52,436 nt of DNA from an uncultured Steroidobacteraceae bacterium (GCA_964456255.1 CAYWDZ010000002.1:1-52436); one strand, 5' to 3'; positions 1 to 9,537 are shown, counted from the first letter of the stretch. Numbers and translations are program-made. The notes: generated from the letters alone by a model not told the origin.

Positions 1-82
1 CCATGCACGCTATATTTACCACAGGGGGCTGCTCTTCAGACGCCCAACAGGTTCAACCATCAATTCCCGACACGAGAATGCA

Positions 83-2221
83 ATGGAACTGGAGCGGATC
101 GCTGCCGGAAGGCATCACGATCCCCACAGTTTCCTCGGACGCCATGGCCAGGGCCGCACGACGGTTGTGCGCGCCTACCTTCCGGCCGCGCGCACGGCAC
201 GGCTGGCCGACGGGCCCGAACTGTCGCGGGTTGGCGATTCGGACCTGTTCGAGCTGCGGGGTGCGGAAGTCGAAACCCATCCGCACATCGTGTGGGTCGA
301 TGACCGCGGCCGCACCCGTGAGCGCACCGATCCGTACAGCTTTGCGCCGACATTGCAACCGGCTGACCTCGCGCTCTTCGCTTCCGGAAGTCATGCGGAA
401 GCCTGGCGCATGCTGGGCGCGCACCCGGCCAGCTACGACGGCATCGCGGGCGTGCGTTTCGCAGTGTGGGCGCCCAACGCCGAACGCGTCAGCCTGGTGG
501 GGCCATGCTGCGAGTGGGATGGGCGCAGACTGCCGATGCGCGTACTCGGCTCCAGTGGAGTGTGGGAACTGTTCGTGCCTGGCATGGCCGCCGGGGATCT
601 CTACAAGTACGAGCTGCGCAATCGCGACAGCGGTCTGGTCCAGGTCAAGACCGACCCCCATGCCTTCGCCATGGAAATGCGGCCGGCAACTGCCGGCATG
701 GTCACCGATACCTTCGCCTACGCGTGGTGGGACCACGCGTGGATGCAGGAGCGCGCACGACGCGACTGGCTGCATGCACCGCTTTGCATCTACGAGGTGC
801 ATGCCGGCTCATGGAACCGTCATCCCGACGGGCGCTTCTTCAGTTATCGCGAACTGGCCAGCGAGCTGCTGCCCTATGTGAAGCGCCTGGGCTTCACGCA
901 CATCGAGCTGTTGCCGATCACCGAGCATCCGCTGGACGATTCCTGGGGCTACCAGACCACCGGCTACTTCGCGCCCACCAGCCGCCATGGCAGCCCGGAT
1001 GACCTCAAGTACTTCATCGACCGCTGCCACCAGGAAGGCGTGGGAGTACTGCTCGACTGGGTGCCGGCGCACTTTCCGCGCGATGCGCATGGCCTGGCCC
1101 GCTTCGATGGCAGCGCAGTCTATGAATACGAAGACCCGCGCAAGGGCGAGCACCAGGACTGGGGCACGTACATCTTCAATTACGAGCGCCACGAAGTGCG
1201 GAGCTTCCTGCTGGCCAGCGCCTGCTACTGGCTCGAACATTTTCATTTCGACGGCCTGCGCGTGGATGCCGTGGCGTCAATGCTCTACCTGGATTTCGGG
1301 CGTGGCACCAACTTCGTGGCCAACCGTCACGGGGGTCGCGAGAACCTGGAAGCCATCGAGTTCCTCAAGCAGCTCAACACCATCACCCACGCACGCGCGC
1401 CGGGCACGGTGATCATGGCGGAGGAATCCACCGACTGGCCCATGGTCAGCCGCCCGGTCGATACCGGCGGACTTGGCTTCTCGATGAAGTGGAACATGGG
1501 CTGGATGCACGACACCCTGAACTACTTCAAGAAGGACCCGATCTGGCGCAAGCATCACCAGGACAACCTGACCTTCGCGATGATGTATGCCTACAGCGAG
1601 AACTTCATCCTGCCGCTGTCGCACGACGAGGTGGTGCACCTGAAGGGCTCGCTGCTCGGGCGCATGCCCGGCGACCGGTGGCAGGCGCTGGCGAACCTCA
1701 GGCTGCTGTTCACCTACATGTGGACGCTGCCGGGCAAGAAGCTGCTGTTCATGGGCGGGGAGATCGCGCACCCGTGGGAATGGGATTTCCACGTCGCATT
1801 GCCGTGGTACCTGCTGGAACACGCCGAGCACCGCGGCGTGCAGAACCTGATCGCCGACCTGAACCGCCTGTATGTGGACCGACCCGCCCTGCATCGGCAC
1901 GAATTCGAGCCCGAGGGCTTTGCGTGGATCGACTGCAATGATCGTGAACAGTCGGTGCTGGCCTTCCGGCGCATGGGTTCAGGCCAGCAACTGGTGGTGG
2001 TGCTCAACTTCACACCCGAACCACGCCGCGGCTATCGCATCGGCGTGCCCGAGGCAGGCGCGTGGCGCGTGCTGCTGAATTCCGATTCACATCACTATGG
2101 CGGCGCGAACATCGGTGCCGGCGAGGTTCACGCCGACCCGGAAGCCTTCCACGGCCTGCCATGCTCGCTCACGCTGGACCTGCCGCCACTGGCAGGCCTG
2201 ATCCTGGCAAGGGAATCCTAG
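83..2221 (+). CDS. glgB: 1,4-alpha-glucan branching enzyme
   Basis: 712-aa ORF. N-terminus has HHDPHSFLG. GH13 motifs present: DWVPAHF, GLRVDAVASMLY, AEESTDWP, LPLSHDEVVH. Length is typical of GlgB. Confidence 0.92.
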   Translation: MELERIAAGRHHDPHSFLGRHGQGRTTVVRAYLPAARTARLADGPELSRVGDSDLFELRGAEVETHPHIVWVDDRGRTRERTDPYSFAPTLQPADLALFASGSHAEAWRMLGAHPASYDGIAGVRFAVWAPNAERVSLVGPCCEWDGRRLPMRVLGSSGVWELFVPGMAAGDLYKYELRNRDSGLVQVKTDPHAFAMEMRPATAGMVTDTFAYAWWDHAWMQERARRDWLHAPLCIYEVHAGSWNRHPDGRFFSYRELASELLPYVKRLGFTHIELLPITEHPLDDSWGYQTTGYFAPTSRHGSPDDLKYFIDRCHQEGVGVLLDWVPAHFPRDAHGLARFDGSAVYEYEDPRKGEHQDWGTYIFNYERHEVRSFLLASACYWLEHFHFDGLRVDAVASMLYLDFGRGTNFVANRHGGRENLEAIEFLKQLNTITHARAPGTVIMAEESTDWPMVSRPVDTGGLGFSMKWNMGWMHDTLNYFKKDPIWRKHHQDNLTFAMMYAYSENFILPLSHDEVVHLKGSLLGRMPGDRWQALANLRLLFTYMWTLPGKKLLFMGGEIAHPWEWDFHVALPWYLLEHAEHRGVQNLIADLNRLYVDRPALHRHEFEPEGFAWIDCNDREQSVLAFRRMGSGQQLVVVLNFTPEPRRGYRIGVPEAGAWRVLLNSDSHHYGGANIGAGEVHADPEAFHGLPCSLTLDLPPLAGLILARES

Positions 2222-4776
2222 AGGGTCTTCATCAACCCCATCTCGTGCGGGTGCGACAGCAGCGGATGCCACGGATACGCGCGCACCTGCAGCTGGTACT
2301 GGCCCGTGCCGGGTGGAGGAGCCGACACCTCGAACCCGGCGCTGCCATCAGCCGCCACCGTGCCAACCGGCAACAGCTCGGCGCGCCACTGGCCATCCGG
2401 TATGCCATGACCGAATGAGCACAGCGGTGCAGGCTCATGGCGCGACTCGGGCAACAGCCGGCGCGCCTTGAATTCCACCCTGAGGTCGGTGGGAGCCAGA
2501 TGCCCGAGCTGCACCGTGGCACGCAGGGTCAACGCACCCTGTGCATCGGCACGAAATGCATCGCTCACCGCGAGGATCTGCACTGCGCTCCAGTGCTCGC
2601 GAATCCGTCTCTTCCACGCGGCCAGATCGCTCGCTCCGGCGCATGCGTCCTGCAGCAGCCGCCTGCCCTGGGTCGCCGCCGGCGCGTACAGCCCGTCCGC
2701 GTAGTTGCGAATTGCCCGCCGCATGTTGAAACGCGGCACCACGCTGGCCATCGCCCGCTTGCAACGGCGCACCCACTCGGGAGCCAGGCCGCTGGCATTG
2801 CGCGCGTAGTACATCGGTACCACTTCCTCCTCGATCACATCCAGTACGGCCGCGGCATCCAGGTGATCGCGCCGCCCATCGTCGTGCGCGTCGGCACCGG
2901 CAATGCCCCAGCCATTGGCGCCGTCGAAGGCTTCGGCCCACCAGCCATCGAGAATGGAAAGATTCAGTCGTCCGTTGATCGCCGCCTTGATGCCGGACGT
3001 GCCCGAGGCCTCCAGCGGTGCAATCGGATTGTTGAGCCAGACATCCACGCCGGTTACCAGCCAGCGCGCCAGCTGGATGTCGTAGTCCTCGACAAACACC
3101 ACGCGCCCGGCGAACTCGGGCTCGAGCATGGTGCGCTTGATCTGCCGCAGCACTTCCTGGCCCGGCTGGTCCGCGGGGTGCGCCTTGCCGGCAAACAGGA
3201 ACACCACCGGCCGGTCCTCGTCCGACACCAGGCGCAGCAACCGCTCGCGGTCACGCAGGATCAGCGCCGCGCGCTTGTAGGTGGCAAAGCGGCGCGCAAA
3301 GCCGATGGTCAGCACATTGGGGTTGAAGGGATCAAGCAGCCGCGTGATGTGCCCGAGCTGCACCGTTCCCAGGCGCTTGCGCTTGTATTCGCGCGTGAGT
3401 CGCGCGCGCACGCCAGCCAGCATGCGTGACTTCACGTCCTGCGATGCGGCCCAGAACGGTCCATCGGGCACTTCATCGACGGTCTGCCAGTAATCGACAT
3501 CCCGCAGCCGCGTGCGCCATTCCGGCAACTGCTCGTCGAGGAACCGCGCCCACACCGAAGAGAGAAAGGTCGGCACATGCACGCCATTGGTGACATAGCC
3601 GACCGGGTTTTCCTCTGCGGGGATCTCCGGCCAGTGATCGGCGCACAGCAGTGAGGACACCGCCCCGTGAATGCGGCTGACGCCGTTGATCCGGCGCGCG
3701 CAGTTCAGTGCCAGCCGCGTCATGTTGAAGCGCCCCTCGACACCAGGTGCGCGGCCCAGTGCCAGCAGCGGCTCGATGCCGGTGCCCAGCGCCGCCGCCA
3801 TGCCGGTGAACTGCTCGGCGAACAACTGGTCGGGAAAGGCATCGTGGCCCGCCGCAACCGGCGTATGCGTGGTGAACACGCACTGGGCAGCCACCGCCTC
3901 GATGGCTGCGGCGAACTGCAGACCGGTGGCCACCAGTTCGCGCGCCAGCTCCAGCGCCAGAAACGCTGCATGGCCTTCGTTCATGTGCCATACCGCAGGA
4001 GCGAGCCCGATCTGCCGCAGCGCCCGTACACCACCGATGCCCAGCACCATCTCCTGGCGAATGCGATGTGACTCATCGCCACCGTACAGGCGGAACGTGA
4101 TGTCCCGATCGACCTCGCTGTTGGCAGGCACGTTGGTGTCGAGCAGGTACACGGACACATGCCCGACCTGCGCCAGCCATACCCGCGCGAACACTTCCCG
4201 ATCGGCGACCGGCACGACCACATGCAACCAGTTGCCCGCCGCGTCACGCACCGGCTCCACCGGCAGATCGCGCGGATCGGCATCGCGGTAACCGGCCTGC
4301 TGCGTGCCGTCGCTGTCCACGGTCTGGGTGAAGTACCCCTGTCGATACAGCAGCCCGACGGCGACGAAATTCAGCTGCTCATCGCTGGCGGCCTTGCAGT
4401 GATCGCCAGCGAGGATGCCGAGGCCTCCCGAGTAGATCGGAAAGCTCTCGTGGAATCCGTATTCGGCGCAGAAGTAAGCCACCAGTGGCTGGTTCCCGTT
4501 GGCCGCCTGCCGCGACTGGTAGCCGTCGAAATTGGCCAGCGCTTCCCGATAGCGCTGCAGGTAGTTCGGGTCGCGCGCCGCGGCGTCGAGCGTTTGCTGG
4601 CTCACACAGCGCAGCATCAGGCGCGGATTGGACTGCGTCTGTCGCCACAGGGCCTGGTCCAGATCCTCGAACAGCGCCCGGGTTGGACGATGCCAGCTGT
4701 AGGACAGGTTGCTTGCCAGTTCAGGAAGGCGGGCCAGCGCCGCGGGGATGACGGGGGAAATCTCGATGAGCTGCAT
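2218..4776 (-). CDS. glgP: alpha-glucan family phosphorylase (GT35, about 850-aa type)
   Basis: The track ORF 2218..5502 is trimmed to the in-frame ATG at 4776 (MQLIEISPVIPAALARLPELASNLSYSWH). The PLP-Lys region LEASGTSGIKAAINGRLNLSILDGWW is present. The 242 codons upstream are antisense to two real genes. Confidence 0.88.
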   Translation of the reverse strand: MQLIEISPVIPAALARLPELASNLSYSWHRPTRALFEDLDQALWRQTQSNPRLMLRCVSQQTLDAAARDPNYLQRYREALANFDGYQSRQAANGNQPLVAYFCAEYGFHESFPIYSGGLGILAGDHCKAASDEQLNFVAVGLLYRQGYFTQTVDSDGTQQAGYRDADPRDLPVEPVRDAAGNWLHVVVPVADREVFARVWLAQVGHVSVYLLDTNVPANSEVDRDITFRLYGGDESHRIRQEMVLGIGGVRALRQIGLAPAVWHMNEGHAAFLALELARELVATGLQFAAAIEAVAAQCVFTTHTPVAAGHDAFPDQLFAEQFTGMAAALGTGIEPLLALGRAPGVEGRFNMTRLALNCARRINGVSRIHGAVSSLLCADHWPEIPAEENPVGYVTNGVHVPTFLSSVWARFLDEQLPEWRTRLRDVDYWQTVDEVPDGPFWAASQDVKSRMLAGVRARLTREYKRKRLGTVQLGHITRLLDPFNPNVLTIGFARRFATYKRAALILRDRERLLRLVSDEDRPVVFLFAGKAHPADQPGQEVLRQIKRTMLEPEFAGRVVFVEDYDIQLARWLVTGVDVWLNNPIAPLEASGTSGIKAAINGRLNLSILDGWWAEAFDGANGWGIAGADAHDDGRRDHLDAAAVLDVIEEEVVPMYYARNASGLAPEWVRRCKRAMASVVPRFNMRRAIRNYADGLYAPAATQGRRLLQDACAGASDLAAWKRRIREHWSAVQILAVSDAFRADAQGALTLRATVQLGHLAPTDLRVEFKARRLLPESRHEPAPLCSFGHGIPDGQWRAELLPVGTVAADGSAGFEVSAPPPGTGQYQLQVRAYPWHPLLSHPHEMGLMKTL

Positions 4777-4821
4777 GCCGGCTAGTGTAGCGAGTCGGGT
4801 GAATGGCCATAATGCGCCCCC

Positions 4822-5394
4822 ATGACACGCCTCTGCGCCCTGATGGCCGTCGGCCTTGCCTGCACGGCCTGCTCTTCCGACCAGGCCAAACCGGCAGACC
4901 CGCCCGCCGCGGCAGACGGCAACGCCGGTTGCATTGCCAGCGGCGACGGATATCTGCGCGCCCAGTTGCGCGGCGCACTGGTTGCTGATCTGGACTGGAA
5001 GAATGCCGACATGCAGTGCGACGGCGGACCGCGCCCCGACGACAAGGGGCTGCGCGTCACGTTTGCCGGCAAGCTGCCGGGCACCACGCGCCAGCTGCGC
5101 TTCATCTTCGGCATCGACGCACGCGACGTTGCCGATGGCGTCGCCCAGGCCATGCCGACCAATCTCACCGTCATCCTCGAAGGCGAGCACCAGCTCTATG
5201 CCACGCGTGGCGGCGAACACTGCGCCGTGGAGGGACTGGAACGCAGCGCGCTGGCAGGAACCGGCGGCAGGAAATCGCGCGTTCACGCGCGCGGCTATTG
5301 CACCGGCCCGGCAACCAGCATGGCGGGTGATGCGCGCGTGCTGGTGCCCACCTTTGAATTCACTGGAACTGCAGTCGCGGAGCTCGAGCCATGA
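4822..5394 (+). CDS. hypothetical secreted protein or lipoprotein
   Basis: 190-aa ORF with an N-terminal signal peptide (MTRLCALMAVGLACTACSS), Cys-rich. Its stop overlaps the next start as ATGA. I recognised no family. Confidence 0.6.
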   Translation: MTRLCALMAVGLACTACSSDQAKPADPPAAADGNAGCIASGDGYLRAQLRGALVADLDWKNADMQCDGGPRPDDKGLRVTFAGKLPGTTRQLRFIFGIDARDVADGVAQAMPTNLTVILEGEHQLYATRGGEHCAVEGLERSALAGTGGRKSRVHARGYCTGPATSMAGDARVLVPTFEFTGTAVAELEP

Positions 5395-5867
5395 AACACC
5401 TTCTTGCGGCCCTGGCTGCCGTGCTGCTTGCCACGACCACGGCTTGCGCGCAGACGCCAGCGTTCCAGCCAGCGCAATTGCGCGATTTCCCGCGCGGCAC
5501 ACTTGAGATCGAGCGGGCGGATGGGCGCGACTCTTTCCAGATCTGGATCGCCGACACCGGCGCCCGCCAGGAACAGGGACTGATGTGGGTCCGGGACATG
5601 CCGCCCGACTACGGCATGGTGTTTCCGCTGATTCCGCCGCGCGTGATGTACATGTGGATGAAGAACACGTACCTCGAACTCGACATGCTGTTCTACGACA
5701 GCCAGGGGCGCATCACCCACATTGCCGAACACACCACGCCAATGTCTGAAGACATCGTCGAATCCGGGGGAGTGGTGGCCGGAGTGGTGGAATTGCTGGG
5801 TGGCGAGGTCGCCCGCCGGGGTATCAAGCCGGGCGACCGCGTCGTGGTTCACGGCCGGGGCAACTGA
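5391..5867 (+). CDS. DUF192 domain-containing protein
   Basis: 158 aa with a signal peptide. The segment GLMWVRDMPPDYGMVFPL...MWMKNTYLELDMLF...AGVVELLGG resembles the DUF192/COG1430 family. Confidence 0.7.
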   Translation: MKHLLAALAAVLLATTTACAQTPAFQPAQLRDFPRGTLEIERADGRDSFQIWIADTGARQEQGLMWVRDMPPDYGMVFPLIPPRVMYMWMKNTYLELDMLFYDSQGRITHIAEHTTPMSEDIVESGGVVAGVVELLGGEVARRGIKPGDRVVVHGRGN

Positions 5868-6000
5868 TCCGGAACCGTTGCACTGATCCACTGCCCGCTG
5901 CCCCACCGGCAGCAACTAGCTTGTTGAAAGGATGGCGAAACCGGTAGCATCGGGTACATGTCCCGCGTTGCGGGATCAACCTCAAGTCAGGGGAAGAACA

Positions 6001-7125
6001 ATGAAGAACACTCTTTCCAGAATCGTCATCTCGGCATCGATTCTGGCCGGCGCGGTTGCCGCGCATGCCGGGACCGAACTGGGACAGTGGACCCTCGGCG
6101 CCGGCGGCATGTGGACCCAGACGGATGCGGATCGCGGCCTGGACGACAACAACGGCATCTACTACGAAGCCGGTGCGGCATTGAGCGAGGACTGGGATCT
6201 CAACGTCAATGCATTCTCGGGCAAGCATGAAGTACTCGGGATCGGGGCCACCGGGAGCCGCAAGGTCAGGGGAATAACGCTGGACTTGAGTCGCGTCTTC
6301 AATCGCGATGCGCGCGTGAGTCCGTTCCTGCTGCTTGGCTTCGGCATGGTCGACCAGGACCGGCCTGAGCTTGTGGATCCCTTCAATCAGCAGGACCGGG
6401 AGATCGCGGCCAAGCTGGGTATCGGCGTGCTGGGTGACCTGGCTGACTTTGGCGGCGCCAAGCTGCAGCTGAAGAGTTCGGTGGCCGGGCGCATGTCCTT
6501 CGGCCGCAGCATCACCGATGTGGTCGCAACCCTTGGCCTGCAGATGGCCTTCGGTGGGTCGAAGGCGGCGCCGCCTCCCCCGCCACCGCCGCCACCACCT
6601 CCCCCGCCGCCACCACCTCCCCCGCGTGCGGCACCGCCGCCACCCGCTCCAGCTCCAGCGCCGCCGCCACCGCCGCCTCGTCCGCCGGCTGACACGGACC
6701 GTGATGGAGTGGTTGACGCTTCCGATCGCTGCCCGAACACGCCATCAGGCGACAAGGTGGATACGGCTGGTTGCAGCCTGACCATCCGCCTGGCGGTGTA
6801 CTTCGACACCAACTCTTCGACGATCAAGGCGGAGTCTTATCCGGACCTGGACCGCGTGGTGACCTTCATGAAGGAAACCTCACCGTCCGCTTCCGGGGTC
6901 GTGGAGGGCCACACCGACGGCCAGGGTGCCGACGACTTCAACATGGCGCTCTCGCAGCGTCGTGCTGATGCGGTGCTCAAGTACCTGGTTGATCACGGCG
7001 TTGCAGCCAGTCGTCTCAGTGCCAAGGGCTATGGGGAAACCCAGCCGGTGGCGGACAACGCAACGGCAGAGGGCCGTGCACAGAATCGCCGCGTGGTACT
7101 GCGGCGCACGGACTACCAGCCGTAA
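6001..7125 (+). CDS. OmpA-family outer membrane protein (MopB-like): barrel, poly-Pro linker, TSP3-like motif, OmpA_C domain
   Basis: ATG at 6001 follows AGGGGAAG. Signal peptide ends ...AAHA/GTE. It has an N-terminal beta-barrel-like domain, a linker of about 45 aa dominated by Pro, the motif DTDRDGVVDASDRCPNTP, and an OmpA C-terminal domain (GHTDGQGADDFNMALSQRRADAV...NRRVV). Confidence 0.88.
   Translation: MKNTLSRIVISASILAGAVAAHAGTELGQWTLGAGGMWTQTDADRGLDDNNGIYYEAGAALSEDWDLNVNAFSGKHEVLGIGATGSRKVRGITLDLSRVFNRDARVSPFLLLGFGMVDQDRPELVDPFNQQDREIAAKLGIGVLGDLADFGGAKLQLKSSVAGRMSFGRSITDVVATLGLQMAFGGSKAAPPPPPPPPPPPPPPPPPPRAAPPPPAPAPAPPPPPPRPPADTDRDGVVDASDRCPNTPSGDKVDTAGCSLTIRLAVYFDTNSSTIKAESYPDLDRVVTFMKETSPSASGVVEGHTDGQGADDFNMALSQRRADAVLKYLVDHGVAASRLSAKGYGETQPVADNATAEGRAQNRRVVLRRTDYQP
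6589..6624 (+). repeat. perfect 18-bp tandem duplication (ccgccaccacctcccccg x2) inside the poly-Pro coding tract
   Basis: Read directly: 6589..6606 and 6607..6624 are identical. They sit within the CCN-rich tract at about 6571..6688. Confidence 0.85.
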
Positions 7126-7148
7126 CACAACCCTTGCCCGCCTGAATC

Positions 7149-7184
7149 AAGGCCCGGCAGCGCGAGCTCCCGGGCCTTTTCTAT
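7149..7184. terminator. hairpin terminator after the ompA-like gene, shared with the convergent feo operon end
   Basis: AAGGCCCGG (7149-7157) pairs with CCGGGCCTT (7170-7178) and is followed by TTTTCTATT on the plus strand. It lies 3 nt from the stop of the minus-strand small ORF. Confidence 0.55.
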
Positions 7185-7348
7185 TGCGGCTTGCGATGCT
7201 CGTCAGCGGAACTGCAACTGGCGCAACTGCCCGGGTCGGACTTCGCGCCGCGCCCCAGCACGCGGCGACCACGCAGGATGCGCCATGCCGACCAGCCCGC
7301 CGCAGCCACGGCGAGAAACACGATCCCGTACTGGACGTACAGGCTCAA
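7181..7348 (-). CDS. putative FeoB-associated Cys-rich small membrane protein (55 aa, TTG start)
   Basis: The TTG at 7348 overlaps the feoB TGA (TTGA). Product: LSLYVQYGIVFLAVAAAGWSAWRILRGRRVLGRGAKSDPGSCASCSSADEHRKPQ. That is one TM helix, a basic stretch and GSCASCSS, the architecture of the FeoB-associated Cys-rich family. Confidence 0.5.
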   Translation of the reverse strand: MSLYVQYGIVFLAVAAAGWSAWRILRGRRVLGRGAKSDPGSCASCSSADEHRKPQ

Positions 7349-9234
7349 GAGAGCACTCCCTGGGCAACCTGGTAGGTGATGAACGAAGCCACGTAGGCAA
7401 TGGCAAACAGGTAGCCCAGCGTGATCAGCGGGTAGCGCCACGAATTGGTTTCGCGCTTGATGGTCGCGATGGTGGACAGGCACTGCGGTGCATACACATA
7501 CCAGGCCAGCAACGACAACGCGGTGGGAAGGCCCCAGCTGCCGGCGATCAGCGGTGACAGCGCCACGTCCACATTTTCCGACGCTGCCGACAGCGCGTAC
7601 ACGGTTCCCAATGCGCCCACGGCCACCTCGCGCGCGGCCAGCCCGGGAACCAGTGCGATGGAGATCTGCCAGTTGAAGCCTATGGGCGCAAACACGTACT
7701 GCAATGCCCGTCCGAGCATGCCGGCGAAGCTGTATTCGATGGGTGGCCCCGTCGCACCAGCCGGCGGTGCCGGATACGTGCTCAGGAACCACAGCACGAT
7801 CGTCAGCGCGAGGATGATGCCGCCGACCCGCTGCAGGAAGATCCTGGCGCGCTCCCACAGGCCCATGAGCAGATTGCGCAGGTTGGGCCAGCGGTATTCG
7901 GGCAACTCCATCAGCAGCGGGTGATAGTTCGAGCGCATGGTGAAGCGCTTCATCACGAAGGCGACGATCAGCGCCGACACCACGCCAGCCACATACAGGG
8001 CGAACAGCACCAGGCCCTGCAGGTTGATGAAGCCGTACTTGCGTTCCGGAATGAATGCACCGATGAGCAATGTGTAGACGGGCAACCGCGCCGAGCAGGT
8101 CATCAGTGGCGCCAGCAGGATGGTGGCGAGGCGATCCCGCAGATTCGGAATCGTGCGCGCAGCCATGATGCCGGGAATGGCGCACGCAAAGGACGACAGC
8201 AACGGAATGAACGAGCGCCCGGAGAGGCCGACGCGACCCATCAGGCGGTCGAGCAGAAACGCCGCTCGCGGCAGGTAGCCGGAATCCTCCAGCAGCAGAA
8301 TGAAGAAGAACAGGATCAGGATCTGCGGCAGGAACACCAGGACGGCACCCGCGCCGCCGATCACGCCATTGACGAGCAGACTCTCCAGCGGTCCCGCCGG
8401 GATGACGCCCTGCAGCCAGCTGCCCAGCCCGCCGACCACCGCATCGATGGCGTCCATCAGTGGCTCGGCCCAGCTGAACACCGCCTGGAACATGAGGAAC
8501 AGCACCACGGCCAGCAGCACGGGCCCTGCGACGGGATGGGTGACCACGGCATCAATGCGCGACAACGCCCGTGCGCGCAGTGGTTCGCGATAGCCGATGT
8601 CGTTGAGGATGCGGCGCACGTCGCGCTGTGTGGCCTCGATTTCCTCGCGCCGCAGCGGACTCCATCCCAGGGCCGCGATCGGTTCGCTCCTGGTCACCTT
8701 TGCCAGCTGCGCCAGCAACTCGCGCTCGCCACCAGAGGCCACTGCGACTGTTTCCACCACCGGGCACCCGAGCTCGGCGGCGAGCCGCTGCGGGTCGATG
8801 TTCATGCCGCGCCGCCGTGCGATGTCGCTCATGTTGAGCGCGACGATCATCGGCCGGCCCAGGCGCAGCAACTCCAGCGACAGACGCAGGCCCAGGCGCA
8901 GGTTGGTGGCATCGACGACATTGATGATCAGATCCGGCGGCGCTTCGCCGGCCAGTCGCCCCAGGACCGCGTCGCGTGTGATCGCCTCGTCGAGCGTAGT
9001 GGCCGCAAGGCTGTAGCTGCCGGGCAGATCCAGCACCCGATAGGCGCGCCCGGTGGCCGCATCGTGACTGAAGCCCTCCTTGCGCTCGACCGTCACACCG
9101 GCATAGTTCGCTACCTTCTGGCGGCTGCCGGTGAGACGGTTGAACAACGCGGTCTTGCCGCAGTTGGGTACGCCGACCAGCGCCAGGCGCGGCGTCCACT
9201 GGGCGCCATCTGCAGGAAGGATTGGCGCGCTCAT
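7345..9234 (-). CDS. feoB: ferrous iron transporter B
   Basis: 629 aa. N-terminal G-domain (GVPNCGKTALFNRLTG, DLPGSYSL, NMSD) followed by a polytopic membrane domain. Its ATG overlaps the feoA stop (ATGA). Confidence 0.95.
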   Translation of the reverse strand: MSAPILPADGAQWTPRLALVGVPNCGKTALFNRLTGSRQKVANYAGVTVERKEGFSHDAATGRAYRVLDLPGSYSLAATTLDEAITRDAVLGRLAGEAPPDLIINVVDATNLRLGLRLSLELLRLGRPMIVALNMSDIARRRGMNIDPQRLAAELGCPVVETVAVASGGERELLAQLAKVTRSEPIAALGWSPLRREEIEATQRDVRRILNDIGYREPLRARALSRIDAVVTHPVAGPVLLAVVLFLMFQAVFSWAEPLMDAIDAVVGGLGSWLQGVIPAGPLESLLVNGVIGGAGAVLVFLPQILILFFFILLLEDSGYLPRAAFLLDRLMGRVGLSGRSFIPLLSSFACAIPGIMAARTIPNLRDRLATILLAPLMTCSARLPVYTLLIGAFIPERKYGFINLQGLVLFALYVAGVVSALIVAFVMKRFTMRSNYHPLLMELPEYRWPNLRNLLMGLWERARIFLQRVGGIILALTIVLWFLSTYPAPPAGATGPPIEYSFAGMLGRALQYVFAPIGFNWQISIALVPGLAAREVAVGALGTVYALSAASENVDVALSPLIAGSWGLPTALSLLAWYVYAPQCLSTIATIKRETNSWRYPLITLGYLFAIAYVASFITYQVAQGVLS

Positions 9235-9530
9235 GACGAGTGGACGCTGACCAGGATGGCGGCCGCTTCCCGGCGCCTCAGCGCGAAGCAGCTGCCGCCA
9301 ATGCGCACTGCGATCGGATCGCCGCCAGGAAGCGACTCGGCAATGATTTCGAAGGGCTCTCCTGGCACGAAGCCCAGCTCGATGAGCCGCATGACGATGG
9401 TGCCGCCGGTTTCATCGCCCAGGGCTGCGCCGTCATCGCGCACGGCGATGACCGATCCCTGTGCGCCCCTGTGAAGCGCTGAAAGCGCAACCGTTGATTG
9501 GGCAGCATCTATGTCGGCAGGCAAGTTCAT
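9231..9530 (-). CDS. feoA: ferrous iron transport protein A
   Basis: The last 99 aa of track ORF 9231..10184, from the ATG at 9530. It contains a FeoA/SH3-like segment (RLIELGFVPGEPFEIIAESLPGGDPIAVRIGGSCFALRRREAAAI). Confidence 0.85.
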   Translation of the reverse strand: MNLPADIDAAQSTVALSALHRGAQGSVIAVRDDGAALGDETGGTIVMRLIELGFVPGEPFEIIAESLPGGDPIAVRIGGSCFALRRREAAAILVSVHSS

Positions 9531-9537
9531 GTGGGCC

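Noticed and set aside
8-15. CGCTATAT at the window start, identical to the motif upstream of modB (13592..13599), as a shared Mo-box
   Set aside because: It is only an 8-9-mer identity and a single half-site at both places. Its position relative to glgB is uninformative because the upstream region is cut off. It is probably chance.
4777-5502. N-terminal 242 codons of the 1094-aa track ORF 2218..5502
   Set aside because: The extension is antisense to two well-supported plus-strand genes (4822..5394 and 5391..5867). It has Arg/Ala/Gly-rich shadow composition. The phosphorylase family N-terminus begins exactly at the internal ATG at 4776.
7921-9474. 517-aa plus-strand ORF opposite feoB, together with similar long antisense ORFs at 10725..12194, 16407..17690, 20086..21732, 23268..24878, 26780..28312, 36122..37732, 45335..46630 and 50752..51876
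   Set aside because: These are typical high-GC shadow ORFs. They are rich in Arg, Gln, His, Gly and Ala, have no recognisable domains, and each lies fully inside a strongly supported gene on the opposite strand.
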